DNA of 64,000 nt, from contig NW_002060943.1 in the NCBI RefSeq assembly GCF_000150275.1, positions 5,538,008 through 5,602,007 of the forward strand. Direction: 5' to 3'. Made by a program: the position numbers and the translations under genes. The notes beneath the pieces were generated by a model, which saw nothing but the letters and a program-made list of their open reading frames with translations, was not told where the DNA came from and did no database searches. The DNA comes from Trichoplax adhaerens (taxonomy: Eukaryota; Animalia; Placozoa). This document shows, piece by piece, positions 61,501-64,000 of the stretch. Within the stretch, counting starts at the first letter, position 1. Each line of letters opens with the position of its first letter.

Positions 61501-62858
61501 TAGCTATGAACTCAAAATGGATTGACAAATTGACTAAAATTGATTTTGTAGCGGTTGAAGAATTGGTATTGGTTTACTCATCGACATCTAAAATTTGCTT
61601 TGAGGCAAGAGCATTTCTTCATAATGGAAGACTCTCATACGAACGCAGTTGTCCTCGTTATATGCGACGCATTTTAGATATTTTGGTCAATCATTTCGAT
61701 TTATCAGTAGAAGCTACAAGTTTATTGTTTGAACTGGCATCTATGACTACTCAAGCTGATCGTTTAGATTGGTTGGAAGATAATGGTTATGACATTCGTA
61801 AGCTAAATTATATTGAAAAAGATGAATGTCGTAGCTCAAGTAGAAGGAAAAAGTCGAACTCCTTGCAATCCAAAGAAGGTTTTGATGGTAATAGTAATTC
61901 TCCTAGCATTCAGGGACTAAATAGGACTCCAGCAATGGATACAGGTTGTGCAGTAGCTGCCATGATTACAAAACGAAGAAATCGTATGCAGTCGGATGTA
62001 TCAAATGGAATGATCCGTCCCAAAGAATTTGTCATAAAATTAAGAAATGACCAGGCTTTGTTTGCTAATTCTGCTAATGGTAATACTGATGCTTTGACAA
62101 ATATGAATGATAGTGAATCACAAATATTCTCTTCTGACCATGATATTGGTAGTCCTAATGGTTTATCATCAGTACAAGGAACTGTAGCTTCTAAAGCTTC
62201 TGACCTAAGCCTCGATCGAGGAAACAATAAAATGAGTTTAAGTAAGAAATATTTTTCTTCAGTTCTTGAATTAATGAATAGAAAGGCAAAACTTCCACGT
62301 AAACGTAAGCATGATGAATTGGATTTATCTACGGAAGGCCATTCTTTAGGTAATCATTGCTTTGTAAATGAAGAAGGTTATGAAATTAGGAATGAATCAG
62401 TTACTGAAGATCATGAAAGTGCTCAATGGGGAGTAGAATTCTTATTCTATTACTTACAAGTGCATTATCGGGGAAAGTATCCTACATGCAGTTATGAAGA
62501 GACTGACGAAGGGTTTTTATTGAAAGGTGTTGATGAATACAACAAAATGTTATCGCTAAAAGTAAATTGCCATGGTTTAAAATCGAATAGTAAGGATCGT
62601 CCGGTTGACATTGAAATTATAAAAAATAACAGCAAACGATTTATCAAAGTGAAATCTACTACCAAGGATGGAGATATGATTATCAAAATCAGTAGAAATG
62701 AGTGGAAGTTTATGCGTGCATCGGGAAGTCGCTATCAGTTATTTTGTGTCTATGGTATACGCCAGCTAGATAAAGTTAGAATAGAGAAAATTGAAGACCC
62801 GGCTTCAAAGTTCTTTTCTAATGATTTAGTTCCGTTGGAGATATGCTTTAAGGTGTAA
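58503..62858 (+). CDS. Sacsin/NO-VEIN-type GHKL ATPase with C-terminal DUF3883-like PD-(D/E)xK domain, 1451 aa, single coding exon
   Basis: N-box FVMELLQNADDA, HNGKHFDEEDVEAIC, G2 box KTGYKGIGFKSVF and sacsin/NOV-type LFCYLPT...GLPFLVNTDF. C-terminal QWGVEFLFYYL...PVDIEI...RFIKVKSTT...ISRNEW. The ORF track starts at GTG 58470, which lies in the predicted intron; the first ATG is 58503. Confidence 0.88.
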   Translation: MVLPRVIEEKSHIEKLFRQRAQNDTNSTTLANTLEKDIQTVFNSPEKFVMELLQNADDASCGDTSVDVRFRFYNGYLAFSHNGKHFDEEDVEAICDNAQQNLHSKRLNINKTGYKGIGFKSVFIIADCTYIISRNYCFRFDRDYTNWKESDSDENRAGRYPWQIIPIWTEPCDVPKILQLNPADVNFLFRLRSNNDVIVSALNILSNTPRTMLFLRHIQNIVIDNHGSITCINRRNELTSQQRYDLYLNNVLKSSWHVMAYSVNIPKTVLAQLQAMGPQECPEKLKKAKNIEIKFAINIDPVENTKLNALDKNANLFCYLPTLVNCGLPFLVNTDFLLTADRMQLLSNAWNNFLFESIGKLHITSLAEMVQFPGFRDDILALFTRRLQSYTQQQFINAYDKGLLSEMRNVAFVPSNTDDSRLLKYNDAIADSTGFFKIFPGIDPPVEHRLINYNLSNVNKLQHQFTLYELSTIIEKYAAKSTSLQFHRKLLTFLMQQFVGPDNLARASLGNIQHCLSGKRILLAANFKLISSDIAYFPTKNHLQIYPKFLNIEAIHPKLLHVRGLRTWLRMVGVKELNDVNLILEIENIVRNNMEKFKIELSMEIVTLLCNIDTSLISGDSILNCLPLLTKDGSMISAKYCFLPSLLYPDVDIEEIIQTDVGFVSERYCLLNTTEKLRKTLLDLGVQQNLQLCLQSPVNLVDKNRIDCFKDYYEHLVQNDQADVLIVSQVNLAYMPLMRCLSHEDYAEHFFRQLMEQEDAVIENLKDFKVKVRSSRQRNDCPIPSYLAFMLSFTQCIQANDGKLYKMSELSTLTLRKRLGKHLAGLLPQMKCDLGQSVIKLSDDLMLLLGARDILAIENAVKLLQVAAMDSSPKQQKYFKRIYLAMIKSSYTADEQKYLRHQNILLLASDNSLQDFKSLYFICGDDFDISHNKKLIKSMPGLTSDAMLVICRYFKIREIKLDDLQIKYRKAKVNTNLKRDIVNLFKLTASIEEDVESDKVAMNSKWIDKLTKIDFVAVEELVLVYSSTSKICFEARAFLHNGRLSYERSCPRYMRRILDILVNHFDLSVEATSLLFELASMTTQADRLDWLEDNGYDIRKLNYIEKDECRSSSRRKKSNSLQSKEGFDGNSNSPSIQGLNRTPAMDTGCAVAAMITKRRNRMQSDVSNGMIRPKEFVIKLRNDQALFANSANGNTDALTNMNDSESQIFSSDHDIGSPNGLSSVQGTVASKASDLSLDRGNNKMSLSKKYFSSVLELMNRKAKLPRKRKHDELDLSTEGHSLGNHCFVNEEGYEIRNESVTEDHESAQWGVEFLFYYLQVHYRGKYPTCSYEETDEGFLLKGVDEYNKMLSLKVNCHGLKSNSKDRPVDIEIIKNNSKRFIKVKSTTKDGDMIIKISRNEWKFMRASGSRYQLFCVYGIRQLDKVRIEKIEDPASKFFSNDLVPLEICFKV

Positions 62859-64000
62859 TGATGATTGCGTTATTAGAAAAATGGAGATGCTTTACGAAAG
62901 GGGTGTGCTGAATACAAGTATAGAATATGTCGTGTAACACATTATAGTAAAAGTATTTGTAAGCATTTACGGAAACAACGCAATGATACCCGCTTTTGTG
63001 TTGGATGAGAGATTAAATGAGAATAGTTCATCGTAAGATTTTGTTCTATAAAAGTATATCTTCTTATGCACTATGAACTTTTTATGGGATTTGGCGTCGA
63101 GATGCAATCTTTGCCTGGGTAATATTTGTTGTAGCTATTAATTTTTGATTTTGTAAGCATTAATATCGAAAGGTTTACCCTGTTGCAAAGTGCTAAAGTT
63201 CTTATATATTGATTTTAAGATTTAGAATCGTATCGAATCAGCCTTTCAGGCGTTGCGTAGTTGGTAGTTCACGTTGTAAATATCGTTTTTACTGAAGCAT
63301 GTTATAGTAAGAATTATTGATAGTATGAGAATTAAGTTAAAGGTGAGAATAGCGCAACTAGAAATAATCCTGTGTTGCCTAATTGGTAGTGCAGTAATTC
63401 TAATTATTAGCAGGTTGTGCGATTTTATGCAGTTACATTTTTTTTGCAATGATAAATTGAAATGAAGTAGTTACAACATTACAAAATAATTGTTTTGATC
63501 ACGGTCTCTGTTGTAAATGGTAACATATGCACGTTTATCGACGCATTGTAAAAAGTAGTATTTTACGAGGTAGTAAGAAGTTTTAGTGTATGTATGGCGT
63601 TTATAGCCGTAGTAAATTATAATTATCAGAAGAATAAGAAATTGTAAGCTTTCAAATACGTAAAAGAGCCGGTTTATGTATAAAGTTTTCATATCAAGCT
63701 TAAAGGACTTTCAGAACAACAGAATTTGTAATAGCAACCCAACATTTTATGACAATAATTATGTTTTGAGTACTGCTATAAACAAATGAATAAAATGTAT
63801 AAAATTTCAATATAGTACAGAATTATAACTCGAAGTGTATTTCCTGTAAGAAGCGATTCGAATCAGTAATTTAGAAGATTGCATTCACATGCCGTAAACA
63901 TCGTAAATCCCTTATTGATACCTAGCCAAAATAAGTAGATGTACGTCTAAGTACAAGCCTGGTAACATTCTTTATCGTATATATAAGGTTTATAATAACG

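Noticed and set aside
58627-62686. Antisense and alternate-frame ORFs within the GHKL gene and within GPCR/GXYLT exons
   Set aside because: Shadow ORFs of real coding sequence with no independent support.
1-64000. tRNA, rRNA or snRNA genes and autonomous transposons
   Set aside because: No recognisable conserved RNA-gene motifs or transposase/RT ORFs seen by eye; a covariance-model search was not possible.

Overview
AT-rich eukaryotic genomic DNA with short GT-AG introns. Composition and gene content suggest an early-branching animal such as a placozoan (inference only). The first half (1-31 kb) is a tandem cluster of four paralogous class A (rhodopsin-like) GPCRs with intronless CDSs. None has the Arg of the DRY motif, and long gene-poor spacers separate them. 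The second half is a compact block of genes that I reconstructed exon by exon: a Crk adaptor (SH2-SH3-SH3), the p97 cofactor p47/NSFL1C, an mTERF, PHAX, and two head-to-head glucoside xylosyltransferase (GXYLT, GT8) paralogues separated by a palindrome-rich tandem array. It ends with a 1451-aa single-coding-exon sacsin/NO-VEIN-type GHKL ATPase carrying a C-terminal DUF3883-like PD-(D/E)xK domain. Best leads: (1) a hidden frame-preserving 135-nt cassette exon in p47 encoding an acidic dileucine sorting motif plus a hydrophobic segment; (2) the bacterial-defence-like GHKL-nuclease with altered catalytic residues; (3) two Asp substitutions in conserved motifs of one GXYLT copy; (4) a perfect 15-bp hairpin straddling a candidate splice donor in the mTERF 5' leader; (5) TACAGTAC/GTACTGTA motif clusters near the starts of the non-GPCR genes. 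No database searches were run; all family assignments rest on recognised motifs.
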